Assembly: GCA_963726455.1 (NCBI GenBank)
Contig: CAVSCK010000004.1
Location: 1,440,001 to 1,504,000 of the forward strand
Direction: 5' to 3'
From: an uncultured bacterium
GTDB lineage: Bacteria > Zixibacteria > MSB-5A5 > CAIYYT01
Length of the DNA: 64,000 nt
The notes under the pieces are model-generated. The model saw only the letters and a program-made list of their open reading frames with translations. It was not told the origin of the DNA and ran no database searches. The stretch's first letter is position 1, and every line of letters starts with the position of its first letter. A program made the translations under genes and the position numbers. Below are positions 41,987-51,564 of this stretch, one piece after another.

Positions 41987-42881
41987 GGTGATCCTCCTTC
42001 TCGTCGTTCTTGTCGCGCATCGAATACATAATCAATCCCAGCAAGCCATAGAGCGCTATTGGGGGAACAAAATTCTTGAAAACGCCATGTTGAATCGATT
42101 CCGACACCGCCGGAATCGGCTTGGTGTCCAGCTTCGGCAACTCCGTGTTTACGAAATCCACCGGCGCGAGATACATCCAACTTGTGCCGCCGATCTCCGT
42201 CTCGCCATAAACATGGTCATAATATTTGGCCGGATTCAGCTTGATCCGCTCTTTGGCGACATCCAGCAGCTCCCGCCGAGTACCGAAGGTCAACGCTTCA
42301 TTCGGACAAATCGCTACGCAGGCCGGCTTCTTTCCTTCCACCAGTTTTGGCTCGCAGAAAGTGCACTTGCGCACTCTCGGAGTTAATGCATCACTGTACT
42401 CATAGGCCGGAACCTGAAATGGACAGGCCACCATGCAATACCGGCAACCGATACACTTCCAGGCCTCATAATCAACCGACCCCAACGGATTCTTGCGCAG
42501 TGCACCGACGATGCAAGCCGACACACACGCTGCCTTGTTGCAGTGCATACACTGAACTTTGATTAAATATTGTTTGCCGGTCTGATTCGGATCGACAAAA
42601 CGATTCACCACCGTGAACTGCTTGTCATCCGGCCGGCGATGCCTTTCGAATGCCGACTTATCCTCGAACTCGGCGAGTGTCTTGGTCGAAAGTTTGTGCT
42701 CGTTGTTACAGGCCCACTCGCACTTTCGACATCCGACACAGACTGCCGTGTCCACCAGCACTCCATACATCTTGTCGTAATCGGCCGCTCCCGCGCTGCT
42801 ACTGGCCATGGTTTTTCCGGCAAACACTGTTGCCGAACCGGCGGCCGCCAGTTTGAAAAAGTCCCTGCGTTTGAGACCCAT
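41973..42881 (-). CDS. Tat-exported 4x[4Fe-4S] protein (HybA/HmcB-like)
   Basis: KRRDFFK Tat motif; CVGCRKCEWAC, CMHCNKAACVSAC, CIGCRYCMVACP, KCTFC..PACVAICP; C-terminal TM. Confidence 0.92.
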   Translation of the reverse strand: MGLKRRDFFKLAAAGSATVFAGKTMASSSAGAADYDKMYGVLVDTAVCVGCRKCEWACNNEHKLSTKTLAEFEDKSAFERHRRPDDKQFTVVNRFVDPNQTGKQYLIKVQCMHCNKAACVSACIVGALRKNPLGSVDYEAWKCIGCRYCMVACPFQVPAYEYSDALTPRVRKCTFCEPKLVEGKKPACVAICPNEALTFGTRRELLDVAKERIKLNPAKYYDHVYGETEIGGTSWMYLAPVDFVNTELPKLDTKPIPAVSESIQHGVFKNFVPPIALYGLLGLIMYSMRDKNDEKEDHHEHS

Positions 42882-42927
42882 TTACGTCACCTCGCTTTGC
42901 CCCAACGGGGCTGGGCTGCGCTGTCAC

Positions 42928-42945
42928 ATGTGAATCTTTTCACAA
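42928..42945. promoter_or_regulatory. Rex/CRP-like palindrome
   Basis: ATGTGAA-TCTT-TTCACAA, 46 bp upstream of the hybA-like start. Confidence 0.7.
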
Positions 42946-43422
42946 AGTCATGTGCCAGCAAGTCACTTTCAGGACTATTTATAGTATATTTCTTTCTGCT
43001 TGTCAAGCACAAATCAATACCCAAACCCTCAAATTTATCCATACAAAACCCAGCTATACTCCATCCAGAAAGTTCTGATCCCGTACCAGTTGATTTCTCA
43101 AGTATTGGCATTGCTAAGTACAAATTTCACAAAAAATTACCTATTACTGTCATTACCGTGAAAATTGCCTCAGGCTCCCGGCACCCATCCTGTCACTCCC
43201 GGCCGGCGCTCCAAATCACACCCACTCGAATCGGCTGCTCCCCCTTGGAAATCCCGATTACTGCTGCTTCCATTATATGTTATCGTCCGTTACCTCGGCT
43301 TCAAGACGCCCAAGTGCATGACTTTCCTGGCCTTCCGGGAGACTCCAACAATTCCTCTCCTATTCCGGAACCGACGCTACCCGTTGCGTACAAATAGAAA
43401 CTGGTTATATTGGCGGCCATCT

Positions 43423-44625
43423 ATGACTCGATACTTTTTCAGAACTGTCTTAATCTCACTCGCTGCTATTCTGATTGCAAGCGGCGTTATGGCAAGTCCC
43501 AAAAAACAATCCAAGCCGGAGCCGGTCCCGTCCCTGGTCGACTCGACTTTGCTGCGATTATTGAACTCCCTGTTCCCCGACAGTGCCGGATATACGGTCG
43601 CCGGCGCGCTCGATCCTCAGCGTCCCGGCAAGACCGACACGGATTTGCTCTTCCAGACCGCCCGAGTTGTCTGTCCCGATTTCGCCTCGCTGCAACGCGC
43701 GATTAGAACCCTCAAGGACAACGAAGAACTCAAGATCAAGAAACTGCGCTACGACCTTGACAAACCCCGTTCCGGCGACCCCGCTGGTTATCGCGGCGTT
43801 ATCGTGACTTTCGGCTGGCAGGATCAGGAGAAAGTCGCCCAGATCCTGACCTTCCAGGAACTTCGCTGGCTGCTCTGGGCGGAAACACTGCTGCCTTATG
43901 ACGCCAAATCCGAATCCAAGTCCAGCCGCGAGTATGCCATCGCCGTCGCAAATTATCTCGATACCGTCGATCACGGCTATACCTCCGTTGACGTTCCCCG
44001 GCCAAAGACCTTCGGCTTGACCGACAAATACGACTTGTTCGCCCCGTTGCCCGATGACTCGATAATTTTTCCTGCCGGCATGACCGAGATTTCGACTCCC
44101 TTTGCCCACGGAATCACTGCCTTTGTGCCGACCGATTCGAGTCTGAACCAATTCAAGTTGCTGGCACCCAATGACACGTTTGTTGACAACGACCCCGCCT
44201 TATTCCAATGGCAGTGCCGCACTTTCTTTTCCGATGGCCACAAACTCTCAGACATCAAAGAACTGACAGCTAAAGATTTTGCCCAACTCGACGCCGGCGA
44301 CTATGCCTTTGCCGTCGGTATGAGCGGCGACATTCACTACGTCAAATACACTCAGCCACACGGCGCTCGCTGGTCACAACAACTTCACGGTCTGCTCTTC
44401 CCGGAAGAACCTATTCTGACCGCCGGCGACTTCGCTATCTCTCGTGATCCCATGCCCTGCATCACGAAGATCAACATCCGCGCGCACCATTTTTCAGGCA
44501 GTGGCCAGCCGCCGACTTCTCTTCGCGCTCTGAGTGACGGTTATCTTACCACGCTCGGACACTTCTTCCAGGCGCTCGACCGGATATTCGTTCATTACCA
44601 CGCCGTTCAGATCAGCAAGTATTGA
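43423..44625 (+). CDS. Secreted hypothetical protein with degenerate RelA/SpoT-like nucleotidyltransferase segment
   Basis: Signal peptide MTRYFFRTVLISLAAILIASGVMA; ARVVC.D, PAGYRG, AQILT....W...AE pattern. Confidence 0.7.
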   Translation: MTRYFFRTVLISLAAILIASGVMASPKKQSKPEPVPSLVDSTLLRLLNSLFPDSAGYTVAGALDPQRPGKTDTDLLFQTARVVCPDFASLQRAIRTLKDNEELKIKKLRYDLDKPRSGDPAGYRGVIVTFGWQDQEKVAQILTFQELRWLLWAETLLPYDAKSESKSSREYAIAVANYLDTVDHGYTSVDVPRPKTFGLTDKYDLFAPLPDDSIIFPAGMTEISTPFAHGITAFVPTDSSLNQFKLLAPNDTFVDNDPALFQWQCRTFFSDGHKLSDIKELTAKDFAQLDAGDYAFAVGMSGDIHYVKYTQPHGARWSQQLHGLLFPEEPILTAGDFAISRDPMPCITKINIRAHHFSGSGQPPTSLRALSDGYLTTLGHFFQALDRIFVHYHAVQISKY

Positions 44626-44892
44626 ATCGACTTCTTGAATTCTGTTGGGTTGTCCTGCATTAAGACCTCGCGGTAATTCAGGGGTTTAAACATCCTGATT
44701 CCGCCACCCTCTAAATGCTCGATTATCCATGTTGTTGGGCGAAACTGTCCACATGGTTATGCACATTTGTGGATATCTCTATTGCGCCAAACCACAGCGC
44801 CACAACGTCTTACAAACTGCAATTGCAAAGATTAGTTATTTGTACCTTGCCAACTTGTTAGCCGACAATTCCCTGCGATAAAACTGAGTCCG

Positions 44893-44910
44893 TTGTGAAG
44901 ATTTTCACAT
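44893..44910. promoter_or_regulatory. Rex/CRP-like palindrome upstream of hemA
   Basis: TTGTGAA-GATT-TTCACAT. Confidence 0.7.
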
Positions 44911-44984
44911 CTTATGACAATCACGTGACAATCGTAATCAACCCACTCCTATTTTCTGGGCAAGTTTATGGAGATCAAACAATC

Positions 44985-46283
44985 GTGAAAGACTTCGGAA
45001 TCATCGGCGTCAACATATCCTCGCAAAACCTTGAACTTCTCGAAAGACTCACTATACCCGCGGAAGAACGTCCCTCTCGGCTGTTCGCACTTAAGACCTT
45101 CGCCGGTTTATCCGGCCTCGTTTATCTCGCCACCTGCAATCGTGTCGAGTTCCTGTTCACCTACAGCGAACCCAACGATCTCACTTCCATCCGCAACAAG
45201 ATGCTCGATCTGTTCTTCCGCGGCGAACAGCATGCGAAGTTTGAGCCGAATGATTTCTATCTCCATAGTGGTCTTGAGGCCGTCACTCACCTGTTCACCG
45301 TCGCATCCGCGCTCGATTCGGTAATGGTTGGTGAAGCGCAGATACTCGGCCAGGTCAAGAACGCTCTCAGTTTCGCACAGGAAAACAACCTGATCGATTC
45401 CGATCTCGATAAGATCTTCCAGGCCGCCTTCCGCGTAGCCAAAAAAGTTCGCTCCGAAACCGACCTCGGTAAAGGCAACGTCTCTGTCGTCGGACTGGTC
45501 ACGGCATTGATTCGCGACTTCATCAAATCCGAAGGGAATGTCCCGGTGGCGCTGTTCGGTGTCGGCGAAATGACCCGCAAAGTTGCCACCTATTTGAAAG
45601 ATCAGGGCATCACGGAAATCTTCTTCGTCAATCGCACCGAGGCCAACACCGAGCCACTTGTACAGCAGTTCGGCGGTCAGGGTATCTCATTAAAGAACTT
45701 CCTCGAAAATCCCTTGCCGGTCAGGATCATTTGCACTGCCACGTCGTCGCCGGCTCCTATTCTCACGGATAGCGAATTCTCCGATATCCTGAACCAAGTG
45801 GAGAATCGCCGTCTGCTTGCAATCGACCTGGCCATACCCCGTGACATCGAAATTTCCGTATCGCTGACCGATGACAATCGTGTTCAGCTTTTCAACATGT
45901 CCGATATCAAGCAGCTTTCCGACACCAATCGCCGCCAGCGTTTCCGGGACGTCGACATCGCCCGCGAAATCATCACGGCTGAGGTTGATCGTTTCCATCA
46001 CGAGGACGTCGAAAGCTCGCTCAAGTCACTTTTTGCCGAATCGCACCGCGAATCGCTCGACCTGGCGCAGAAATGCCTGGATGATCTTTTCGGTAAACAT
46101 CTTCCCAATCTGGACGACAATGATCGTAAGAAGATTGAGTACATGTTAAACAAGGTGGTTAACTTTACCGCCTATCGGCCGGTGCATATGATGGCTAAGA
46201 AAATCACTTCCGAAAAATCAACCAACGCTCATCCTCTTCCTGACAAGTTGCGCCGTTTGCTGAATTCCCCGCAAGGAAACTAA
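44985..46283 (+). CDS. hemA: Glutamyl-tRNA reductase
   Basis: LATCNRVE, HLF.VASALDS.MVGE.QILGQVK, DLAIPRDI; GTG start with GGAG RBS. Confidence 0.93.
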   Translation: MKDFGIIGVNISSQNLELLERLTIPAEERPSRLFALKTFAGLSGLVYLATCNRVEFLFTYSEPNDLTSIRNKMLDLFFRGEQHAKFEPNDFYLHSGLEAVTHLFTVASALDSVMVGEAQILGQVKNALSFAQENNLIDSDLDKIFQAAFRVAKKVRSETDLGKGNVSVVGLVTALIRDFIKSEGNVPVALFGVGEMTRKVATYLKDQGITEIFFVNRTEANTEPLVQQFGGQGISLKNFLENPLPVRIICTATSSPAPILTDSEFSDILNQVENRRLLAIDLAIPRDIEISVSLTDDNRVQLFNMSDIKQLSDTNRRQRFRDVDIAREIITAEVDRFHHEDVESSLKSLFAESHRESLDLAQKCLDDLFGKHLPNLDDNDRKKIEYMLNKVVNFTAYRPVHMMAKKITSEKSTNAHPLPDKLRRLLNSPQGN

Positions 46284-47221
46284 TGGACAAGCTCGTCATC
46301 GGTTCGCGCGGTTCCGATCTGGCGCTTTGGCAGGCGAACTTCATCAAAGAAAACCTCGCCAAGCATACCGACGTTCCAATTGAAATCAAGATCATCAGGA
46401 CCCAGGGCGACAAGATCGATCACCTTTCCTTTTCCGAGATGGAAGGCAAGGGCTTCTTCACCAAGGAACTGGAGGACGAACTTCTCGCCGGCAGCATCGA
46501 TCTGGCCGTGCACTCACTTAAAGACCTTCAGACAACCATGCCATTCGGACTCACGCTGGGCGCCGTTTGTTTTCGTGAAGACCCCCGCGAACTGGTGCTG
46601 ATCAGGCCCGGAGCCGGCAATTCGACTGCGTTGCTCGGCGTCAAAGAAGACTCCATCGTCGGTACCAGTTCCGTACGCAGGCAATGCCAGGTGGCCAGTC
46701 TTGGCCCTTCGCTCAAGATCAAAGACCTGCGCGGCAATGTGCCGACCCGCATCCGCAAGTTGAGAGAAGGACAATATGATGCCATCATCCTGGCTTATGC
46801 CGGTGTTAAGCGGCTTAATCTTGAACTCTCCGACTTGATGACTTACGCCCTGAACACCTCCCTCTTTCTGCCCGCTCCGGGTCAGGGCATCCTCGGCATC
46901 CAGATTCGCGAGAACGATTCACCTGTGAAATCAATAGTGTCCGCGTTGGATTCCAATGACCTTCGTCAGCAGGTTGCGCTCGAGCGTGGTTTGCTGGCAA
47001 GATTCGCCGGTGGTTGTCAACTGCCGCTCGCCGCCATTTCCGAGATTACACCCGACGGCTACTCTCTTAAGGCAGTCCTGGGCGTTCATAACGGCGCCGT
47101 TTGGGGGGAATTGCGACGAGTCGAATTGACCGGCACTGATATCGAGACCATAGTAGACAGGGCGTACCAATGCCTCAGCGAGCCAAAGCCACGGCAGACC
47201 GACTCAGCCACGCTACGTTAA
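46283..47221 (+). CDS. hemC: Hydroxymethylbilane synthase
   Basis: IGSRGS.LALWQA, GKG.FTKELE, DLAVHSLKD, GTSS.RR, LRGNV.TR, GGCQLP. Confidence 0.96.
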   Translation: MDKLVIGSRGSDLALWQANFIKENLAKHTDVPIEIKIIRTQGDKIDHLSFSEMEGKGFFTKELEDELLAGSIDLAVHSLKDLQTTMPFGLTLGAVCFREDPRELVLIRPGAGNSTALLGVKEDSIVGTSSVRRQCQVASLGPSLKIKDLRGNVPTRIRKLREGQYDAIILAYAGVKRLNLELSDLMTYALNTSLFLPAPGQGILGIQIRENDSPVKSIVSALDSNDLRQQVALERGLLARFAGGCQLPLAAISEITPDGYSLKAVLGVHNGAVWGELRRVELTGTDIETIVDRAYQCLSEPKPRQTDSATLR

Positions 47222-47931
47222 CCGTTCTGATTTCCCGTCCCGCATCGCAGCTTACGGAATTTCTGCGGGTTGCTTCGGATCGCAAAGTGCGAATCATCCC
47301 TTTTCCGTTAATGAGCATCGAACCGACCATTGATCGTTTCGACACCGCCGAAATTGCCCAGGACTTGGCCGATACATCCTGGCTCCTTTTCACCAGTGCC
47401 AACGCCGTCAGAGTCTACCTTGACTTCCTGCGAAAACACAATATCCCGATTCCTTCAGATATCTCCGTCGGCGTTATCGGCAAGAAGACCGCAGAAATGG
47501 TCGAGCGCTACAGTTTGCAGGTCAACCTCTGTCCCAAAGAGGAAATCGCAGAAGGTCTCCTGCAGGAATTCCTTGATTTACACCTACCTCACGACAAGAT
47601 AATTACCATTCCCGCCGCCGCGGATGTTCGACCAGTGTTGGTGGATGGCCTGCTCCGTGCCGGGTACCATACCAACAGACTTGATATTTATCGCAACGCC
47701 GCAACGCCGGCGCACCTGCTGCCCGTCATCTCCGACGAACAGATTGATTATTTTTGTTTCTTGAGTAGTTCTGCTGTAGAACGTTATAATGAGTTGTTTG
47801 GTCGACCGACCGGCACAGCGGTTTCGATCGGCAAAATCACCACCGCGACCATGAACTCGCTTGGGTGGCTTAACATAATCGAATTGCCGGAACCGGATCT
47901 CAACCGGCTCTGGGAGGTCATTGATGCATAG
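47170..47931 (+). CDS. hemD: Uroporphyrinogen-III synthase
   Basis: LISRP, FTSANAV, IGKKTA, FLSSSAV, SIGKIT; operon position; start uncertain. Confidence 0.85.
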   Translation: MPQRAKATADRLSHATLTVLISRPASQLTEFLRVASDRKVRIIPFPLMSIEPTIDRFDTAEIAQDLADTSWLLFTSANAVRVYLDFLRKHNIPIPSDISVGVIGKKTAEMVERYSLQVNLCPKEEIAEGLLQEFLDLHLPHDKIITIPAAADVRPVLVDGLLRAGYHTNRLDIYRNAATPAHLLPVISDEQIDYFCFLSSSAVERYNELFGRPTGTAVSIGKITTATMNSLGWLNIIELPEPDLNRLWEVIDA

Positions 47932-48907
47932 TGTTTATTATAGGCCGCGACGGTTGCGTGTGAATCAACTGATCCGCGATTTGGCTGCGGAAACGCAGCT
48001 CAAACTTAGCGGCATGATTCAGCCCTATTTCGTCTGCGATGGCAAGAATGTCAAAACCGAAATCTCCAGCATGCCGGGTATCTTCCGTGAGTCGGCCGAT
48101 TCGCTGGTCAAATCCATAGCTGCCGACTTGAAGCTGGGCATCAAACGTGTCATGTTGTTCGGTGTGCCCGATATTAAAGACGCCAACGCTTCTTCGGCAC
48201 TCGGCAAAGATGCCGTTGTCAATCGCGCCGTCAAGATGCTCAAGGATAAATTCGGCGAGCAGATTTTTGTCTCTGCTGACGTTTGCCTGTGCGCCTATAC
48301 CGACTCCGGACATTGCGGCATACTGTCGGGGGAACAGATTGACAACGACAAATCCCTGCCGGTGTTGACCCAGATGGCACTCGATTTGGCGCGCGCCGGC
48401 TGTGACTGTGTGGCTCCTTCCGATATGATGGATGGCCGCGTCGCCGCAATTCGCGACGCGCTCGAAGACGAGGGCTTCGTCAACACATTGATACTCGCTT
48501 ACAGTGCCAAGTATGCTTCGGCCTACTATGGTCCGTTCCGCGAAGCGGCTGAGTCTGCGCCGCAACATGGTGACCGCCAGTCTTACCAGATGGACGTTCG
48601 CAATCGTCTGGAGGCTGTCAAGGAAGTTGCGCTCGACATCGAGGAGGGTGCCGACCTGGTCATGGTCAAGCCCGCGCTTGCTTACTTGGACATCATCTCT
48701 GACGTTCGCGCCGCCACCGAATTGCCGGTTGCCGCCTACAACGTCTCCGGTGAATACAGCATGGTCAAACTGATGGTTCAGGCGGGCTATGCCGAGGAAA
48801 AACGTCTGGTGCTGGAAAACCTGACCGCTATCACGCGCGCCGGCGCCGACATCATTCTCACTTACCATCTGCGCGATATCCTCAAGAACGGATGGTTGAA
48901 TGGCTGA
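47924..48907 (+). CDS. hemB: Porphobilinogen synthase
   Basis: RPRRLR, DVCLCAYT.SGHCG, APSDMMDGRV, YGPFREA, MVKPAL.YLD, YNVSGEYSM. Confidence 0.97.
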   Translation: MHSVYYRPRRLRVNQLIRDLAAETQLKLSGMIQPYFVCDGKNVKTEISSMPGIFRESADSLVKSIAADLKLGIKRVMLFGVPDIKDANASSALGKDAVVNRAVKMLKDKFGEQIFVSADVCLCAYTDSGHCGILSGEQIDNDKSLPVLTQMALDLARAGCDCVAPSDMMDGRVAAIRDALEDEGFVNTLILAYSAKYASAYYGPFREAAESAPQHGDRQSYQMDVRNRLEAVKEVALDIEEGADLVMVKPALAYLDIISDVRAATELPVAAYNVSGEYSMVKLMVQAGYAEEKRLVLENLTAITRAGADIILTYHLRDILKNGWLNG

Positions 48908-50183
48908 TCAATCCAAATCGCACCACACTTTCTCGCGCGCCCGCAAAGTCATTCCCGGTGGCGTAAGCTCACCCGTCCGCGCCTTCCGTGCAGTTGGCGG
49001 CGAGCCGGTCTTCATGGATCATGGCCGGGGGCCGTACTTGTTCGATCTCGATGGCAATCGCTATCTCGATTTCTGCTGTTCCTGGGGACCATTGATACTC
49101 GGCCACGCGCAGTCCGAAGTCGTCGATACCGTCACGACCGCTGTTGCCGCCGGCATGACGTTTGGCACGGCCACCGCAATCGAAGTTGACCTTGCCGAGA
49201 AAATTATTGAGAAAGTCAAACCCATTGAAATGGTGCGCTTCGTCTCCTCCGGCACCGAAGCCGTGATGTCTGCGGTTCGGTTGGCGCGCGGCTTCACGCA
49301 TCGCGACAAGATCATCAAATTCAACGGCTGCTATCATGGCCACTCCGACTACCTGCTTGTTAAGGCCGGCTCTGGGTTGGTCACCTTCGGGACTCCGTCG
49401 TCAGCAGGCGTGCCCGAGGACTTCGTCAAACATACCCTGGTCGCCGAACTCGACGACGAAAAACATGTGATCGCCTATTTCGATCAATACGGAAAAGACA
49501 TCGCCGCAGTAATCATCGAACCGATACCGGCCAATAACGGCCTGCTCCCGCAGCGCCCTGAATTCCTGCAATTCCTGCGCGACATCACCACCAAACATGG
49601 CGCACTCTTGATCTTCGACGAAGTCATCTCCGGTTTCCGCGTTGGCTGGGGAGGCGCCGCCGAGCTTTACGGCATCACTCCCGATCTCATGACCTTCGGT
49701 AAAGTCATTGGCGGTGGCATGCCGGTCGGCGCGTTCGGTGGTCGGCGCGAAATCATGGAGCAACTGGCACCGCTAGGCGCCGTCTATCAGGCGGGCACGC
49801 TTTCCGGAAATCCTGTCGCGATGGCTGCGGGACTCAAGACCCTGTCAATTCTCGAACGCGACGATTCGTATTCACGCCTTGAATCCCTTGGCTCATCGTT
49901 TGAACGCTCGCTAAAAAACTCCCTCGCCAACCTCCCGGTCTCTGTCTTGCGTGTTGGCTCGATAGTCTGGATCGCGCTGCAACCACAACCGCCGCGCCGT
50001 GCCATCGACATTGAAGACAAGGGCATTGCCATCTACAACGCCATGCATCGCGAAATTCTGGAAGCCGGAATCTATCTGCCGCCTTCCGGCTATGAAGTCC
50101 TGTTTGTCAGCACGGCGCACACCGAAGCGATGCTGACCGACGCCGCCGGAATAATCGCGCGCGGCATCAAGGCACGCCTGTAA
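48900..50183 (+). CDS. hemL: Glutamate-1-semialdehyde 2,1-aminomutase
   Basis: PGGVSSPVRAF, SWGPLILGH, SGTEA.MSA.RLARG, GCYHGH, GKVIGGGMP, QAGTLSGNP. Confidence 0.97.
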   Translation: MADQSKSHHTFSRARKVIPGGVSSPVRAFRAVGGEPVFMDHGRGPYLFDLDGNRYLDFCCSWGPLILGHAQSEVVDTVTTAVAAGMTFGTATAIEVDLAEKIIEKVKPIEMVRFVSSGTEAVMSAVRLARGFTHRDKIIKFNGCYHGHSDYLLVKAGSGLVTFGTPSSAGVPEDFVKHTLVAELDDEKHVIAYFDQYGKDIAAVIIEPIPANNGLLPQRPEFLQFLRDITTKHGALLIFDEVISGFRVGWGGAAELYGITPDLMTFGKVIGGGMPVGAFGGRREIMEQLAPLGAVYQAGTLSGNPVAMAAGLKTLSILERDDSYSRLESLGSSFERSLKNSLANLPVSVLRVGSIVWIALQPQPPRRAIDIEDKGIAIYNAMHREILEAGIYLPPSGYEVLFVSTAHTEAMLTDAAGIIARGIKARL

Positions 50184-50205
50184 AGCAACGAGCAGTGAGA
50201 CGAAC

Positions 50206-51564
50206 ATGAAATCACTAGCCAGAAGACTCAGGGCGCCCAAAGGAATGGCGCTGGCATTGTTTGTTGCGATCGCGGTCGTGGCCGTCGCTCAGATAAGCTG
50301 GTGGATACTTTTTCAGGTCACAATCTCCCGCGAACAGGAACATCTCTATCGCCAGGTCGCGCAGACTTCCGCCAATCTCACGACTACCATGCTCAATCAA
50401 TGTTATGACCGCCTGGTCTCGCACGCTACGGTCATTGCATCCGACGACAACCCGCAGCACGTCAAGCGCTCATTCGATCAGCTATTGAATGATCCCGCCG
50501 TCAACGGCTACCTCATCAGCGATTCCTCCGGACAGACGATTGCCCGGGGCGGCGTGCTTGATTCATCACTCTATCTGCCGATTGCAGGCCAAGATCCGGT
50601 CGTTCTCTATCTCAATAGCCGCTATCCGATCGCGCAGATCGCCGGTGTCGCGCCGAATCTGACATTTCAGGATAACGGCAAACGCGGTGTCTACACTTCG
50701 CCCTGGTTTGATTCCAGTATGTTCGTCCTCAAGCCCGAAGTGTTGGCGACCGTCCAGAACAAGGCGTTTCATCGCATTGTCATGTTTGCCGCCGAGGGTT
50801 CCTTCTTCGTCCTCCTGACTTTGCTCGGCGCGTTTATGATCTACCGCACGCTTCGGCAAACCGAGGAACTCAAACAGCAGCAGGAAAATTTCATCCATGC
50901 CGTAACGCATGAATTCAAGATCCCCGTGGCGTCGATCAAGCTCTATTTGGAGACAATGTCCTCGCAGAAAATCGACAAGGACAAGTATCAGACCTTCATC
51001 CCGCGCATGCTCGAAGACTGCCAGCGCCTCGAACGCCTGGTCGACAACGTCCTTGAAGCCGGTCGTCTGAGTCGTCATAGTCACCATCTCAAACTGGCGC
51101 CGGCAAATCTGTCCGCCGACATCGAGGAATATCTCGAAGAGTTGCGGCCGCTTATCGAACGCAGCCACCTGAAACTGTCTGTTAATATCGAATCCGACCT
51201 GAACGTCCGCTCCGACTACCAGGCCATGCGTCGCGTCGTCTCGGCTTTGGTCGACAACGCCATCAAGTACTCGCCGGAAAATCGCCGCGAACTTACCATC
51301 ACTGCGAAACGCGTCGGTCATAAATGCCGCCTGACCTTCGCCGACCGTGGCGTCGGAATCGCTCGCGAAGAACAGGACAACATCTTCAATCGCTTCTATC
51401 GCACGGGCACCGAAAACACCCGCACCGTGAAAGGAACCGGATTGGGATTGTTCCTTGTTAAAGAGATTGTGACCGAGCATGATGGCGCCGTGGAGGTAAA
51501 ATCCGACGGCCTTGATCAGGGCAGCACGTTCGTGATCACTCTTCCATTGGAGAAAAGGTCATGA
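50206..51564 (+). CDS. Membrane sensor histidine kinase
   Basis: Two TMs around a periplasmic domain; THEFKIP H-box, DNAIKYS, DRGVGI, GTGLGL. Confidence 0.93.
   Translation: MKSLARRLRAPKGMALALFVAIAVVAVAQISWWILFQVTISREQEHLYRQVAQTSANLTTTMLNQCYDRLVSHATVIASDDNPQHVKRSFDQLLNDPAVNGYLISDSSGQTIARGGVLDSSLYLPIAGQDPVVLYLNSRYPIAQIAGVAPNLTFQDNGKRGVYTSPWFDSSMFVLKPEVLATVQNKAFHRIVMFAAEGSFFVLLTLLGAFMIYRTLRQTEELKQQQENFIHAVTHEFKIPVASIKLYLETMSSQKIDKDKYQTFIPRMLEDCQRLERLVDNVLEAGRLSRHSHHLKLAPANLSADIEEYLEELRPLIERSHLKLSVNIESDLNVRSDYQAMRRVVSALVDNAIKYSPENRRELTITAKRVGHKCRLTFADRGVGIAREEQDNIFNRFYRTGTENTRTVKGTGLGLFLVKEIVTEHDGAVEVKSDGLDQGSTFVITLPLEKRS

Noticed and set aside
40730-42881. Calling this a NiFe hydrogenase-2 operon
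   Set aside because: No small or large hydrogenase subunit and no maturation genes are in the window.
42570-43422. ORF 42570..43397 and the long N-terminal extension of 43165..44625
   Set aside because: They overlap the hybA-like gene and an AT-rich divergent promoter region. The signal peptide begins at ATG 43423.
44626-44984. Replication origin
   Set aside because: No visible GC-skew inversion and no dnaA/dnaN/gidA context; kept only as a low-interest DnaA-box note.
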